From assembly GCA_046727855.1 (NCBI GenBank), contig JBKPDL010000068.1, positions 2,216 to 66,215 on the forward strand: a DNA stretch of 64,000 bases, given 5' to 3'. A program made the position numbers and the translations under genes. The stretch comes from Acidobacteriota bacterium. GTDB taxonomy: Bacteria > Acidobacteriota > Vicinamibacteria > Vicinamibacterales > UBA2999. A model generated the notes under the pieces. The model worked only from the letters and a program-made list of their open reading frames with translations. It was not told the DNA's origin and did not search any database. Of this stretch, positions 20,853 through 29,833 are shown one piece after another; position 1 is the stretch's first letter; each line of letters starts with the position of its first letter.

Positions 20853-23800
20853 ATGGAAATGTTCCGTGCCGTTGTCGCGTTCTTCGTTGTGGTTTCTCTC
20901 ACTCCCCCCGATGTTGCGGTCGCGCAGACCGGTTCCGGCAGTCTGCGCGGCTACGTGCGTGACGAGCAAGGTGGAGCGCTTCCGGGCGCAACCGTCACGG
21001 CGACGAGTCCCGAATTGCTGGCGCCGTCAACCGGCGTGACCGACGCCAGCGGCTTTTATCGATTGCCGAATCTCCCGCCCGGCACCTACACGCTGAGTGT
21101 GGAGCTGCAGGGCTTCTCCGCGCATAAGCAGGAAGGCATCCTGCTGCGCGGCGGCGCAAATTTCCAGGTCGATGTCGAGATGAAGATCGGCGCGCTGGCA
21201 GAGACCATCACCGTGTCCGGCGAATCGCCGATGCTCGAGGTGTCAAAGCCTGGCAACGTGTTGAACATCGACGGCGAATTCCAGAAGAACCTCGTGATTC
21301 AGTCGCGGCGAAACTGGACTGACTTCCTCGAAATCACGCCCGGCGTTCATTCGCGACCCTTCGACGATGGTAGTGGGCGCATGGTGTATTTCGGCCACGC
21401 CACGGAACACTTTGCACACGTGGTGCAGCTCGAAGGCATGCAGGCCGGCAACTACAACGACTTCCAACTGACGTACGTGCAGATGGGGACCGACATGATC
21501 GCGGACACGCAGGTCAAAACCGGTGGAGCGGAAGCCTCGACGCCGATGGGGACTGGCCTTGCGATCAACGTGATCACCAAGAGCGGCGGGAACGTGTTCC
21601 GCGGCACCGCGGGCTTCGCGTATCAGCCGTTTGACTGGAACGCAGACAACACGAGCGCGCGTACGGTGTTCGCGCTGCCGCCCGAACTTCGCGCCGTTTC
21701 CGGCTGTCCGAACGGCGAGTGCATTTCGACCGGCGGCAGTCCGGTGCAGTCGGAGATCAAGCAGCTCGACGCTTCGTTCGGCGGCCCGATCATGAAAGAC
21801 AAAGTGTGGTTCTTCGGCTCGTTGCGCGTATCACGCGTGCAGACGTCGATCGGCCGCATCGACAAGCAGCTGAACGACATCCAGACCTACTATCCGGATC
21901 GTGAGCTGTTCAACAACCAGGCGAAGGGGTATCAGCCCTATGTGAAAGTCACGAGTCGTCTCGGCCAGGCGCATGAGCTCGCGACGATCTTCCAGCGTGA
22001 TCGCCTCGATGGGCAGCCGAACTGGGAGTGGTACTTCGATCCGTTCGATGCGTATTCGAACGGCGGCAACCTGTATAGCGCCAAGCTGACGTCGGCGTGG
22101 AGCTCGAATATCTCGACGACGTTCTCAGCCGGCTACAACGACAAGGGCGGCGCCACTCAAGACACCTACAAGGCATTTGGCTTCGAGGGCACGGGGCCGC
22201 GCGTCGAAGTGTATGAAGGTTCCCAGCTCAGGAGCGGGCTGCGCACCGGTAACTCGCTGATCCTCGAGGGCAGCAATCTCGATTACGAGACGTACGCGCC
22301 CGCGTCACTATGGATGATTCGTGGCGACCTGACGTGGTTCAAACAAGGATTTGCCGGCTCGCACGAAGTGCAGACCGGGTTCTTCATGGAGCCCCGGAAT
22401 ACCTACGATCAGATTCGCCATTACAACAACAACGGATTCGAATTCGAGCGGTACAGCACCACCGCCAGTGGAACGTTGCAGCCGTTCTATCGCGAGTACG
22501 CCGATCCGCTCGACATCACAACACGCATCGCCCGCGACAGCAATTACGCGGTCTACATGCAGGACGGCTGGAAGCCTAATGGGCGCTTGACGGCTAACAT
22601 CGGGCTCCGTGCCGACTTCGTGCGACGTGTCGACGAGGTGTTCAACATCACTCGACAGTCGTCGTGGACGATCCAGCCGCGCGTCGGCTTCACATATCTC
22701 GTCACCTCAGACGCCCGCAACGTGCTGCGTGGCAGCTGGGCGCGACTGGGTGAGCAAGTGATGGGCCGAGATGCGGTGACCACGTTCGGCGCAGACAACA
22801 CCGTGTCGTTCCGGCGTGAGTACGACAACGATCTCAACGGCGTCTTCGGCGAGGCGGGCAAAAACGAGGTCGTGCTGCGGCCCGCGTCGACGACCACGAT
22901 CGCCGCCGAGCAGATCGATCCCGACTTGCATCAGCCCTACCTCGACGAAGCGATCATCGGGTTCCGCAAGCAGTTCGGCGGTCAGATCGGCCTCGATGCC
23001 GCCTACATCAACCGCGCCTACAACGACATGTGGGCGGACGTCGAAATCAACGGATTCTGGCCGTCAGCGCCGGGACAGCCGTTTGGCGGGTGGGGCAAGA
23101 TCGATCCGAATCGCGGTGAGATCCTGCGTCAGACCAACAACAGCTGGAGTCAATTGAAATATCAGGCCGTGGAGATCACGCTGACGAAGAACATGTCGAA
23201 CGGCTTCCAGTTCATGGCCGGGTTCAATCGCCAGTGGCACAAAATGACGGGGACCTGGAACCCGACCGATCGCGCCGGGTTTATTCACCCGAACGCGTTT
23301 GCGAATGACAAGAATCTCTACATGCCACGCGGCAACAACGATCGCAACTCGTTGCCCGATACGGGCAATGCGCTGAGTTATGGCCCGACGTGGATGAAGT
23401 ACCGGATGAATTTCGGCGGTGTGTGGCGCGCGCCGTACGATCTCACGGTCGCTGGCAACGTCACCGTGCAGGCGGGTCCGTGGTCGGGAGCGATCCTGCA
23501 GCAGCTGCCCGAGGACGATCCAGCCATCTTGGCCTACGGCCCGGCGACGTTCAGGCTTCCGAACGGCACGTCGCAGGCCAACCCGCTGGCGACGCGCAAC
23601 CGCTACGTGTATGCCACGCGCGGCGAAGGACAGCTGCGGGCGCCCGCGATCACGACTGTCGGCCTGAAGGTCGGACGCGTGATCCGCTTCGCCGGACGTG
23701 AAGTGGAGGTCGCCGGCAACATCTTCAACCTGCTCAATGCCGGCGATTTCACGCAGTTCACGTACAACAGCGCCTACCAGAGCTGGAGCACGAATTTCCT

Positions 23801-23861
23801 GCAGATGCGCAATCGCCAGCCCGCTCGCGCCTTCCAGCTGACGACCGTCTTCCGCTTCTGA
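20853..23861 (+). CDS. Oar-like TonB-dependent outer-membrane receptor with an N-terminal carboxypeptidase-regulatory-like domain
   Basis: 1002 aa with a signal peptide. The CarboxypepD_reg-like segment reads GSLRGYVRDEQGGALPGATVTATSP...DASGFYRLPNLPPGTYTLSVELQGF. A long beta-rich body ends in the aromatic C-terminus TTVFRF, typical of OM beta-barrels. Confidence 0.8.
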   Translation: MEMFRAVVAFFVVVSLTPPDVAVAQTGSGSLRGYVRDEQGGALPGATVTATSPELLAPSTGVTDASGFYRLPNLPPGTYTLSVELQGFSAHKQEGILLRGGANFQVDVEMKIGALAETITVSGESPMLEVSKPGNVLNIDGEFQKNLVIQSRRNWTDFLEITPGVHSRPFDDGSGRMVYFGHATEHFAHVVQLEGMQAGNYNDFQLTYVQMGTDMIADTQVKTGGAEASTPMGTGLAINVITKSGGNVFRGTAGFAYQPFDWNADNTSARTVFALPPELRAVSGCPNGECISTGGSPVQSEIKQLDASFGGPIMKDKVWFFGSLRVSRVQTSIGRIDKQLNDIQTYYPDRELFNNQAKGYQPYVKVTSRLGQAHELATIFQRDRLDGQPNWEWYFDPFDAYSNGGNLYSAKLTSAWSSNISTTFSAGYNDKGGATQDTYKAFGFEGTGPRVEVYEGSQLRSGLRTGNSLILEGSNLDYETYAPASLWMIRGDLTWFKQGFAGSHEVQTGFFMEPRNTYDQIRHYNNNGFEFERYSTTASGTLQPFYREYADPLDITTRIARDSNYAVYMQDGWKPNGRLTANIGLRADFVRRVDEVFNITRQSSWTIQPRVGFTYLVTSDARNVLRGSWARLGEQVMGRDAVTTFGADNTVSFRREYDNDLNGVFGEAGKNEVVLRPASTTTIAAEQIDPDLHQPYLDEAIIGFRKQFGGQIGLDAAYINRAYNDMWADVEINGFWPSAPGQPFGGWGKIDPNRGEILRQTNNSWSQLKYQAVEITLTKNMSNGFQFMAGFNRQWHKMTGTWNPTDRAGFIHPNAFANDKNLYMPRGNNDRNSLPDTGNALSYGPTWMKYRMNFGGVWRAPYDLTVAGNVTVQAGPWSGAILQQLPEDDPAILAYGPATFRLPNGTSQANPLATRNRYVYATRGEGQLRAPAITTVGLKVGRVIRFAGREVEVAGNIFNLLNAGDFTQFTYNSAYQSWSTNFLQMRNRQPARAFQLTTVFRF

Positions 23862-23914
23862 CACGGAGAACACGGAAACGGGACTGTCGATTGTCCCGGA
23901 AACACGGAAACTAC

Positions 23915-23948
23915 GGGCCGGCTCTTTTGAGCCGGCCCGTTGCGTTTC
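23915..23948 (+). terminator. intrinsic terminator after the receptor gene
   Basis: GGGCCGGCTC-TTTT-GAGCCGGCCC forms a perfect 10-bp stem (23915..23938) followed by GTTGCGTTTC. Short word repeats of CACGGAAAC precede it (23862..23914). Confidence 0.65.
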
Positions 23949-23955
23949 AGGGCAT

Positions 23956-23972
23956 GCGGATCTAAAGTCCGC
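23956..23972. repeat. GCGGAYCTAAAGKYCCGC hairpin, copy 1
   Basis: GCGGA-TCTAAAG-TCCGC lies 2 nt before the CapA-family ATG. It is near-identical to GCGGACC-TAAA-GGTCCGC at 56157..56174. Confidence 0.45.
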
Positions 23973-23974
23973 GC

Positions 23975-25333
23975 ATGAAGACCCGCATTTCAGTTCTCTT
24001 CCTGCTCATCGGCCTCGCCTCGACCCATTTGCTCGGGCAGCAGCCCGCCGATTTCACCTTTGCGTTGACCGGCGACTCGATCATCACGCGCAAGCTCTCC
24101 GTTTATACCGAGCCAGCCTTCACGCGCGTCATCGAGCTGGTGCGCGGGGCCGATGCCGCGTTCACCAATCTCGAGATGTTGTTCCACGACTACGAGCCGT
24201 ACGCGATGAACGAGAGCGGCGGCACCTACATGCGCGCCGAGCCGGCGCTGGTCAAAGAGCTGGTGTGGGCCGGATTCGACATGGTGTCGCGCGCCAACAA
24301 TCACAGCGGCGATTACGGCGTGCTCGGGATGAACCTGACGACGAAGTACGTGGCCGAAGCGGGACTGGTGCAGGCCGGTGTTGGCCAGAGCCTGGCCGAG
24401 GCGCGCGAGGCGAAGTTCCTGGAGAGCACGAAGGGACGGGTGGCGCTCATTTCCGTCGCCTCGACCTTCACGCCGCATTCAGTTGCGGGCCGCACGCGCG
24501 GCGACATGCCGGCGCGGCCCGGGCTCAACCCGCTGCGCTTCACCACCATCACAACGGTGACGCCGCAGCGTTTGACCGAATTGCGGCAGATCCTCGCCGA
24601 GATCAACGGCCGTCCGCCGCAAGGCGGCGGCGATGCCATCAACTTCTTTGGCCGCCGCATCGTCGCGGGCGAGAAGCCCGGTGTGCGCACCGAACCGAAC
24701 AAAGAGGACATGGCCGAGATCGCCGGAGTGGTCAAAAACGCCGCTGGCCTCGCCGACTACACCATTGTCACCATTCACGCGCACGAGGGCGGGCGGGAAC
24801 GGACGCTGCCCGCCGATTTCCTTGTGCCCTTCGCGCGCGCCATGGTGGACGCGGGTGCAGATATGTTCGTCGGCCACGGGCCGCACGTCCTGCGCGGCAT
24901 CGAGATCTACAAAGGCAAGCCGATCCTCTACAGCCTTGGCGACTTCATCTTTCAAAACGAAACCCTGCTGCGGCTGCCGAGCGAAAACTACGAAAGCCAG
25001 AACCTCGGTCCCACGGCCGGCGTCAATGATTTCAACGACGCGCGATTCAACTTCGACAAAAGCGGGTTCCCGGCGGATCGGATGATCTGGGAAGCAGTGG
25101 TTGCCATGCCGAAATTCCGCGGCGATCGCCTGATTGAGCTCGCTCTCCATCCCATCACGCTCGGATTTGGCAAAGCGCGCAGCGTGCGCGGCCGGCCGCA
25201 GTTTGCCGACGGTGAGCTCGGCGCGAAGATCCTGGGCGATATCACGAAGTTGTCGGCGGAGATGGGAACGAAGATCACGGTTCGCGCCGGAATCGGTTAC
25301 GTGGAGCTGACGCAGAGCACGTCGAGCCAATAA
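23975..25333 (+). CDS. secreted CapA/PGA_cap family (metallophosphatase-fold) protein
   Basis: 452 aa with signal peptide MKTRISVLFLLIGLASTHLLG. Motifs GDSIITRKL, SRANNHSGDYG, VTIHAHEG and GHGPHVLRGIE are typical of the family as I recall it. Confidence 0.7.
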   Translation: MKTRISVLFLLIGLASTHLLGQQPADFTFALTGDSIITRKLSVYTEPAFTRVIELVRGADAAFTNLEMLFHDYEPYAMNESGGTYMRAEPALVKELVWAGFDMVSRANNHSGDYGVLGMNLTTKYVAEAGLVQAGVGQSLAEAREAKFLESTKGRVALISVASTFTPHSVAGRTRGDMPARPGLNPLRFTTITTVTPQRLTELRQILAEINGRPPQGGGDAINFFGRRIVAGEKPGVRTEPNKEDMAEIAGVVKNAAGLADYTIVTIHAHEGGRERTLPADFLVPFARAMVDAGADMFVGHGPHVLRGIEIYKGKPILYSLGDFIFQNETLLRLPSENYESQNLGPTAGVNDFNDARFNFDKSGFPADRMIWEAVVAMPKFRGDRLIELALHPITLGFGKARSVRGRPQFADGELGAKILGDITKLSAEMGTKITVRAGIGYVELTQSTSSQ

Positions 25334-25340
25334 GTGACAC

Positions 25341-25407
25341 GTGAATCTGGAAATCTCCAAATTTTCTCCAAATCTCCAAATCTCGAGATCGCCAAATTCA
25401 GGTTTCT
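25341..25407 (+). repeat. CCAAATC-repeat plus AATCTCGAGAT palindrome element directly 5' of the amidohydrolase gene
   Basis: Sequence: GTGAATCTGGAAATCTCCAAATTTTCTCCAAATCTCCAAATCTCGAGATCGCCAAATTCAGGTTTCT. About 50 of about 56 alignable positions match the reverse complement of 31604..31662 (counted by eye). It fills the CapA-amidohydrolase intergenic gap. Confidence 0.6.
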
Positions 25408-25421
25408 GAGGAGTGTCAGTA

Positions 25422-27131
25422 ATGCAGAAACTGTCCCGCAAAGAATTCCTCGGCTTCGGCGCCGCGCTTGCCGGGGCTGCCAGTGCCACCGCCATCGGCC
25501 CCGACTTCGCGCCCGAAGCGGCGCAAACGGCGTCGCCATCGCGCGTCGAGCCCGATCTGATCGTCGTCAACGCAAAGATCTACACGATCGATCCGGCGAT
25601 GCCGCGCGCAGAAGCGTTTGCGGTGAAGAACGGCCGCTTTGTCGCCGTAGGATCGAGCGGCGACGTGCGCAATCTCGCGACTCCGCGCACGCAGGTGATC
25701 GACGCGCAAAACATGACCGTGACGCCTGGCTTCATCGACTGCCACGCGCACGTCAGCGGCGTCGATGAGCTCTACGGCGTCAACGGCAACGTGCCGCGTG
25801 TGCGCGAGTTGCAGGCGGCGATCAAGAAAAAGGTCGAGTCCACGGCGCCCGATTATTGGATTGACGTCTCGATGTTCGACGACACCAAACTCGACGTCGA
25901 GCTCACGCGCAAGCATCTCGACGAGGTCGCGCCCAATAATCCCGTGGCAGTGAATCATCGGGGCGGCCATACCAGCTGGTACAACAGCAAGGCGCTCGAA
26001 CTCGCGGGGATCACGAAAGACACAAAGGATCCCGAGCACGGCCGGTTCTTCAGGGGACCGGACGGCGAGCTCACCGGACGCGTCGCCGAGCTCGCACGCG
26101 GTGTCTTCAGCGGCAAGGGAAAGCGCGAAGCCTTCTCGCCGGAACAGCAGCGTCAGCGCGGCCGGTCCGGCATGGCGCACATCTCGAAGTTGATGACGGC
26201 GGTCGGGCTGACGACGGTACACGACGCGGGCGCCAATCGCGCGCGCATCCTCGCTTTCGAGGACGCGTACAAGAATGGCGAGCTGCGTCACCGCGCCTAC
26301 TTCCTGGCGCGTGGCGCCGAGACGTTCAACGGGTTCAAAGCGGCTGGGCTCTATACGAACTTCGGCAACGAGTGGCTGCGGCTTGCGGGGGTGAAGTTCG
26401 CGGCCGACGGCTCCGCATCAGAACGAACGATGCGCATGAGCACACCCTACGTCGGCACAAACGACTACGGCATTCTGACGATGACGCAGCAGGAGATCGA
26501 TGAAGCCGTTGAGGATGCGCACGCCCATGATTTTCGCGTCGCCATTCATGCCAACGGCGATGTCACCATCGACATGGTCTTGAAGGCGTACGAAAAGGCC
26601 CTGGCCAAGCGGCCCGATCCAAACCGCCGCCATCGCATCGAGCACTGTACGCTCGTCAATCCCGATCTGCTCAAGCGCATCAAGGCCAATGGCGTGATTC
26701 CGACGCCGTTCTGGACCTATGTCTACTATCACGGCGAAAAATGGGCGCAGTACGGCGACGAGAAGCTGCGCTGGATGTTTGCGCACCGCTCGTTCCTCGA
26801 CTACGGCATCCCAGTGCCCGGCGCGTCGGATTACGTACCCGGTCCCTACGATCCGCTCATGGCTATTCAGAGCATGGTCACACGCAAGGACTATCGCGGA
26901 CGGGAATGGGGGCCGAATCAGAAGGTGACGGTCGACGAAGCGCTCAAGATCGCGACCGCGCACGGTGCGTGGGCGTCCTACGAGGAGGATCTGAAAGGGA
27001 CGATTACCTCAGGCAAGTACGCCGACTTTGTGATCCTTGAACAGGACCCACACGACGTGCCGCCCGACACGATCAAGGACATCAAGGTGGTGCGGACGGT
27101 CGTGGGAGGAAAGACGGTGCACGAAGCGTAA
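25422..27131 (+). CDS. secreted amidohydrolase-family (Amidohydro_3/YtcJ-like) metal-dependent hydrolase
   Basis: ATG 25422 has GAGGAG 8 nt upstream (the ORF track starts at GTG 25413). Tat-like N-terminus MQKLSRKEFLGFGAALAGAASATA. Contains GFIDCHAHV and later HANGD / HRIEHC metal-ligand-like motifs. Confidence 0.8.
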   Translation: MQKLSRKEFLGFGAALAGAASATAIGPDFAPEAAQTASPSRVEPDLIVVNAKIYTIDPAMPRAEAFAVKNGRFVAVGSSGDVRNLATPRTQVIDAQNMTVTPGFIDCHAHVSGVDELYGVNGNVPRVRELQAAIKKKVESTAPDYWIDVSMFDDTKLDVELTRKHLDEVAPNNPVAVNHRGGHTSWYNSKALELAGITKDTKDPEHGRFFRGPDGELTGRVAELARGVFSGKGKREAFSPEQQRQRGRSGMAHISKLMTAVGLTTVHDAGANRARILAFEDAYKNGELRHRAYFLARGAETFNGFKAAGLYTNFGNEWLRLAGVKFAADGSASERTMRMSTPYVGTNDYGILTMTQQEIDEAVEDAHAHDFRVAIHANGDVTIDMVLKAYEKALAKRPDPNRRHRIEHCTLVNPDLLKRIKANGVIPTPFWTYVYYHGEKWAQYGDEKLRWMFAHRSFLDYGIPVPGASDYVPGPYDPLMAIQSMVTRKDYRGREWGPNQKVTVDEALKIATAHGAWASYEEDLKGTITSGKYADFVILEQDPHDVPPDTIKDIKVVRTVVGGKTVHEA

Positions 27132-27165
27132 AACTTACATGCCCCCACGTGGCGCCGGCGTAGAT

Positions 27166-29409
27166 TTACGGCCGGAACAGCCGATTCACCTTCACCACGA
27201 ACGCGCGATTGCGCAACGGCGTGAGCCCGGCGCGAACGTCGGTGTCGTAGTCGTCGGTGTAGACGACGAAGAGCTCGCTGCCGGGCGCGTATTCCCACCG
27301 CAGCCTGACATTGCTGCCCGCCGAGCGCGTCGTCGAGTTGTATTGCACGATCCCGCTCACGAACATGCGCGGCGTAACCGTGTAGGTTGCGCGGTTTCGC
27401 AGCACCGTCAAGGTGGCCTTGCCTTGCGGCAAATCGACGAAGTTGATGCTGAAGCTTGGCTCCAGCGAAATCTGCGGTGTTACCTCGACGCGCGCCGTGT
27501 TCAGCGCAATCGTCTGTCGATCGCCGTCATAGAACGGACCTGCCTCGTAGACGACTGTGCCCGAGACTTTCCGCTGCTGCCCTGCGGCGTAGGAGAGTTG
27601 CAAAGTGCGAAAGTCATAGCTCCCCACCGGGACCCTGACGCTGGAGGTCACATCGAACGGCCGCGTCACCCGCTCGAAACTGTCGATCAGGCCGACCGAT
27701 GCAACGTCGCTGTTGACGAATTCGGTCTGGAAACTCCCACTCAGCTCGCGTGTGTCGAGGCGATTGTTGTTATTGGTGAGATACAGCACGCTCGCTTGCG
27801 ACACGAACCGCCGCACGTACTTGTTTTGCGCGGGCCGCGGACTGAACCGTCCGAGCAGGAAGTTGCGCCGTATGTCGGGTCTCCGTACGAATCCGATCTC
27901 CGGGAGAAAGTTTCGCTCGACCACAAGACGTTCTACCTGCACGCCGTAGCGATCGGCGTTGTAATCAAAAAAGCCGCGGTAGCTCAGGTCGTCGCCGAGC
28001 CTTTCTTCGGTGCGCGTGCGCGCGACATAGGTGTCGAACCTGACGTTCTGATAGAACGAGAAGGTCGCGTCGGCGCCGTATCCATCGTTCGCGCCCACGC
28101 GTCCTGGCGTGGACGTTCGATGCGTATACATGCCGCCGATGCTGCTCCGCCGAAGAATGTCCCGCTTGGCGCGGAGGACTGTAAAGTTTGCGTCCTCAAC
28201 CCGCGCCACCTCGTCATCTCCGGTCTGAACGTTCAGCATGCCCACCGTTAATCCGCCGACTTTGCCAGTCAGCCGGCCGCCAGCACGGAGCGGGGTCACC
28301 CGGCTGTTGTCCAGGCCGATGCGTCGCGAGAAGAAAAGATACGGCGTGTCGCCGGAGCCTGCGGCGAGCCCCGCGCTCGCACGCCCGGCAAACGCGAAGG
28401 TGCCGAGCCCCTCGAGGAAGAAGTCGCGTTTCTCCGGGAAGAAGAGACTGAAGCGCGTGAGATTGACTTGTTGTTCATCGACTTCGACCTGGGCGAAATC
28501 GGTATTCACGGTCACGTCGGCCGTGAGGTTTTGCGTCAGACCGTACTTCATATCACCGCCGACGCGGCCGGATGCGTCGTTCGAGACGCGTGGCGTCACC
28601 GTGTTGTCGATGGACACACCGCCAAGCACGTACGGTTTGAGTTCGAGGTTGCGGCTGCCCGAAGGCGCCTCCACTCCAACCAGCGTCGCGGCTGACGAGA
28701 TTTTGAGAATGCCGCGAAAGGTCGTCAGCGCGCGAGGCACCTGAGCGAGGTACGACCACTCGTTCTTCCATCGCACCACGCGACGAAGATTGATGCCCCA
28801 GGTTTGATCACGACCCGGCTGATATCGCAGCGATTTGAAGGGAATGGCTATCTCGATCGTCCATCCCCCTTCAAAGCTGCCGGTCTTCACATTCCAAACG
28901 GTGTTCCAATCGACATTCGGAGGGCCTTCGTCGGTGATCTGGCTATCGGCCAATCCACCGATCGGGTTGGCGTAAAAGAGGTATCCATTGCGACGATCGT
29001 GAAACGTATCGAACAGGACCGCGAAGGTGTCGTTCTGCCGCAGTTGACTCGTGTCGCGACGCATCTCGTTGGCGACCCGGCGTTCCGGATGTGTCTCCCA
29101 ACACCGCGCTGAGACGTACACGTGATCGTCGTCAAAAAACACCCACGCTTCGGTTTTCTCTGTTGCTGGCTTGGCTTCGTCCGGCTCCTGTTGAACGAAA
29201 TCGCCGATCGGTTCCGTCGTTGTGTAGATCGCCTCGTCGAGCCTTCCGTCGATTCGTACAGGCGTCGCCACACGCAGCGCGCGCACGGTAATCCGGCCAT
29301 CCGCCTCGCGAGAGACGACAGTTGTGGGCGGCGCTTGCGCGAATACGGCTGCCGAAAAGCAGCTGAGTAACCATGCAATCGCGCCCACGGCGGGCGGCCG
29401 GGCCAGCAT
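27166..29409 (-). CDS. secreted DUF5916 / carbohydrate-binding family 9-like domain protein
   Basis: 747 aa with signal peptide MLARPPAVGAIAWLLSCFSAAVFAQ. The N-terminal segment DGRLDEAIYTTTEPIGDFVQQEPDEAKPATEKTEAWVFFDDDHVYVSARC resembles CBM9-like/DUF5916 proteins common in Acidobacteria and Bacteroidota (from memory). The C-terminal body is beta-rich. Confidence 0.55.
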   Translation of the reverse strand: MLARPPAVGAIAWLLSCFSAAVFAQAPPTTVVSREADGRITVRALRVATPVRIDGRLDEAIYTTTEPIGDFVQQEPDEAKPATEKTEAWVFFDDDHVYVSARCWETHPERRVANEMRRDTSQLRQNDTFAVLFDTFHDRRNGYLFYANPIGGLADSQITDEGPPNVDWNTVWNVKTGSFEGGWTIEIAIPFKSLRYQPGRDQTWGINLRRVVRWKNEWSYLAQVPRALTTFRGILKISSAATLVGVEAPSGSRNLELKPYVLGGVSIDNTVTPRVSNDASGRVGGDMKYGLTQNLTADVTVNTDFAQVEVDEQQVNLTRFSLFFPEKRDFFLEGLGTFAFAGRASAGLAAGSGDTPYLFFSRRIGLDNSRVTPLRAGGRLTGKVGGLTVGMLNVQTGDDEVARVEDANFTVLRAKRDILRRSSIGGMYTHRTSTPGRVGANDGYGADATFSFYQNVRFDTYVARTRTEERLGDDLSYRGFFDYNADRYGVQVERLVVERNFLPEIGFVRRPDIRRNFLLGRFSPRPAQNKYVRRFVSQASVLYLTNNNNRLDTRELSGSFQTEFVNSDVASVGLIDSFERVTRPFDVTSSVRVPVGSYDFRTLQLSYAAGQQRKVSGTVVYEAGPFYDGDRQTIALNTARVEVTPQISLEPSFSINFVDLPQGKATLTVLRNRATYTVTPRMFVSGIVQYNSTTRSAGSNVRLRWEYAPGSELFVVYTDDYDTDVRAGLTPLRNRAFVVKVNRLFRP

Positions 29410-29429
29410 GCCGTGCGATGCTACCCGGA

Positions 29430-29452
29430 GTCACTTGCATTTTGCAAGTGAC
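29430..29452. promoter_or_regulatory. perfect 10-bp-arm inverted repeat (candidate HxlR operator) in the divergent hxlR/DUF5916 intergenic region
   Basis: GTCACTTGCA-TTT-TGCAAGTGAC. It overlaps a candidate promoter: TTGCAT (29435-40), a 16-nt spacer, then TATTCT (29457-62). That -10 ends only 11 nt before the hxlR ATG, implying a very short leader. Confidence 0.5.
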
Positions 29453-29473
29453 TTGCTATTCTAGAGCCAGGCC

Positions 29474-29806
29474 ATGCCCCGCTCGCTCTGTCCGGTATCG
29501 TGCGTGCTCGATCTGGTTGGCGACCGTTGGTCGCTGCTGGTTGTGCGTGACTTGGTGAGAGGGAAGAAGCGGTTTGGAGAGTTCCTGGAATCCTCTGAGC
29601 GCATCCCGACCAACATCCTTGCCGATCGTCTCAAGCGGCTCGTCAAGGCGGGCGTGATCGAGTCGCACCGCTATAGTGCGCATCCCCCGCGAGTCGAGTA
29701 CGTGCTCACGCCCAAGGGCGAAGACCTTCGGCCGATCGTGCGTGCAATGGTGGAATGGGGTGTGCGGCACGCGGGCGCCCGCGTGCCGCCAGGCTACAAG
29801 CCGTAA
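29474..29806 (+). CDS. HxlR-family winged-helix transcriptional regulator
   Basis: 110 aa. CPVSCVLDLVGDRWSLLVVRDLVRGKKRFGEFLES...IPTNILADRLKRLVKAGVIE is the canonical HxlR signature. Confidence 0.9.
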   Translation: MPRSLCPVSCVLDLVGDRWSLLVVRDLVRGKKRFGEFLESSERIPTNILADRLKRLVKAGVIESHRYSAHPPRVEYVLTPKGEDLRPIVRAMVEWGVRHAGARVPPGYKP

Positions 29807-29833
29807 AGACGTCTACCCGCAAACTGCGCAGCT

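Noticed and set aside
23862-23914. Possible CRISPR or tandem array, suggested by repeated words such as CACGGAAAC (here) and CCAAATC or CACATC elsewhere
   Set aside because: The units are 7-9 nt, irregularly spaced and lack unique spacers of CRISPR length. No cas genes are present. They were treated as short intergenic word repeats or regulatory elements instead.
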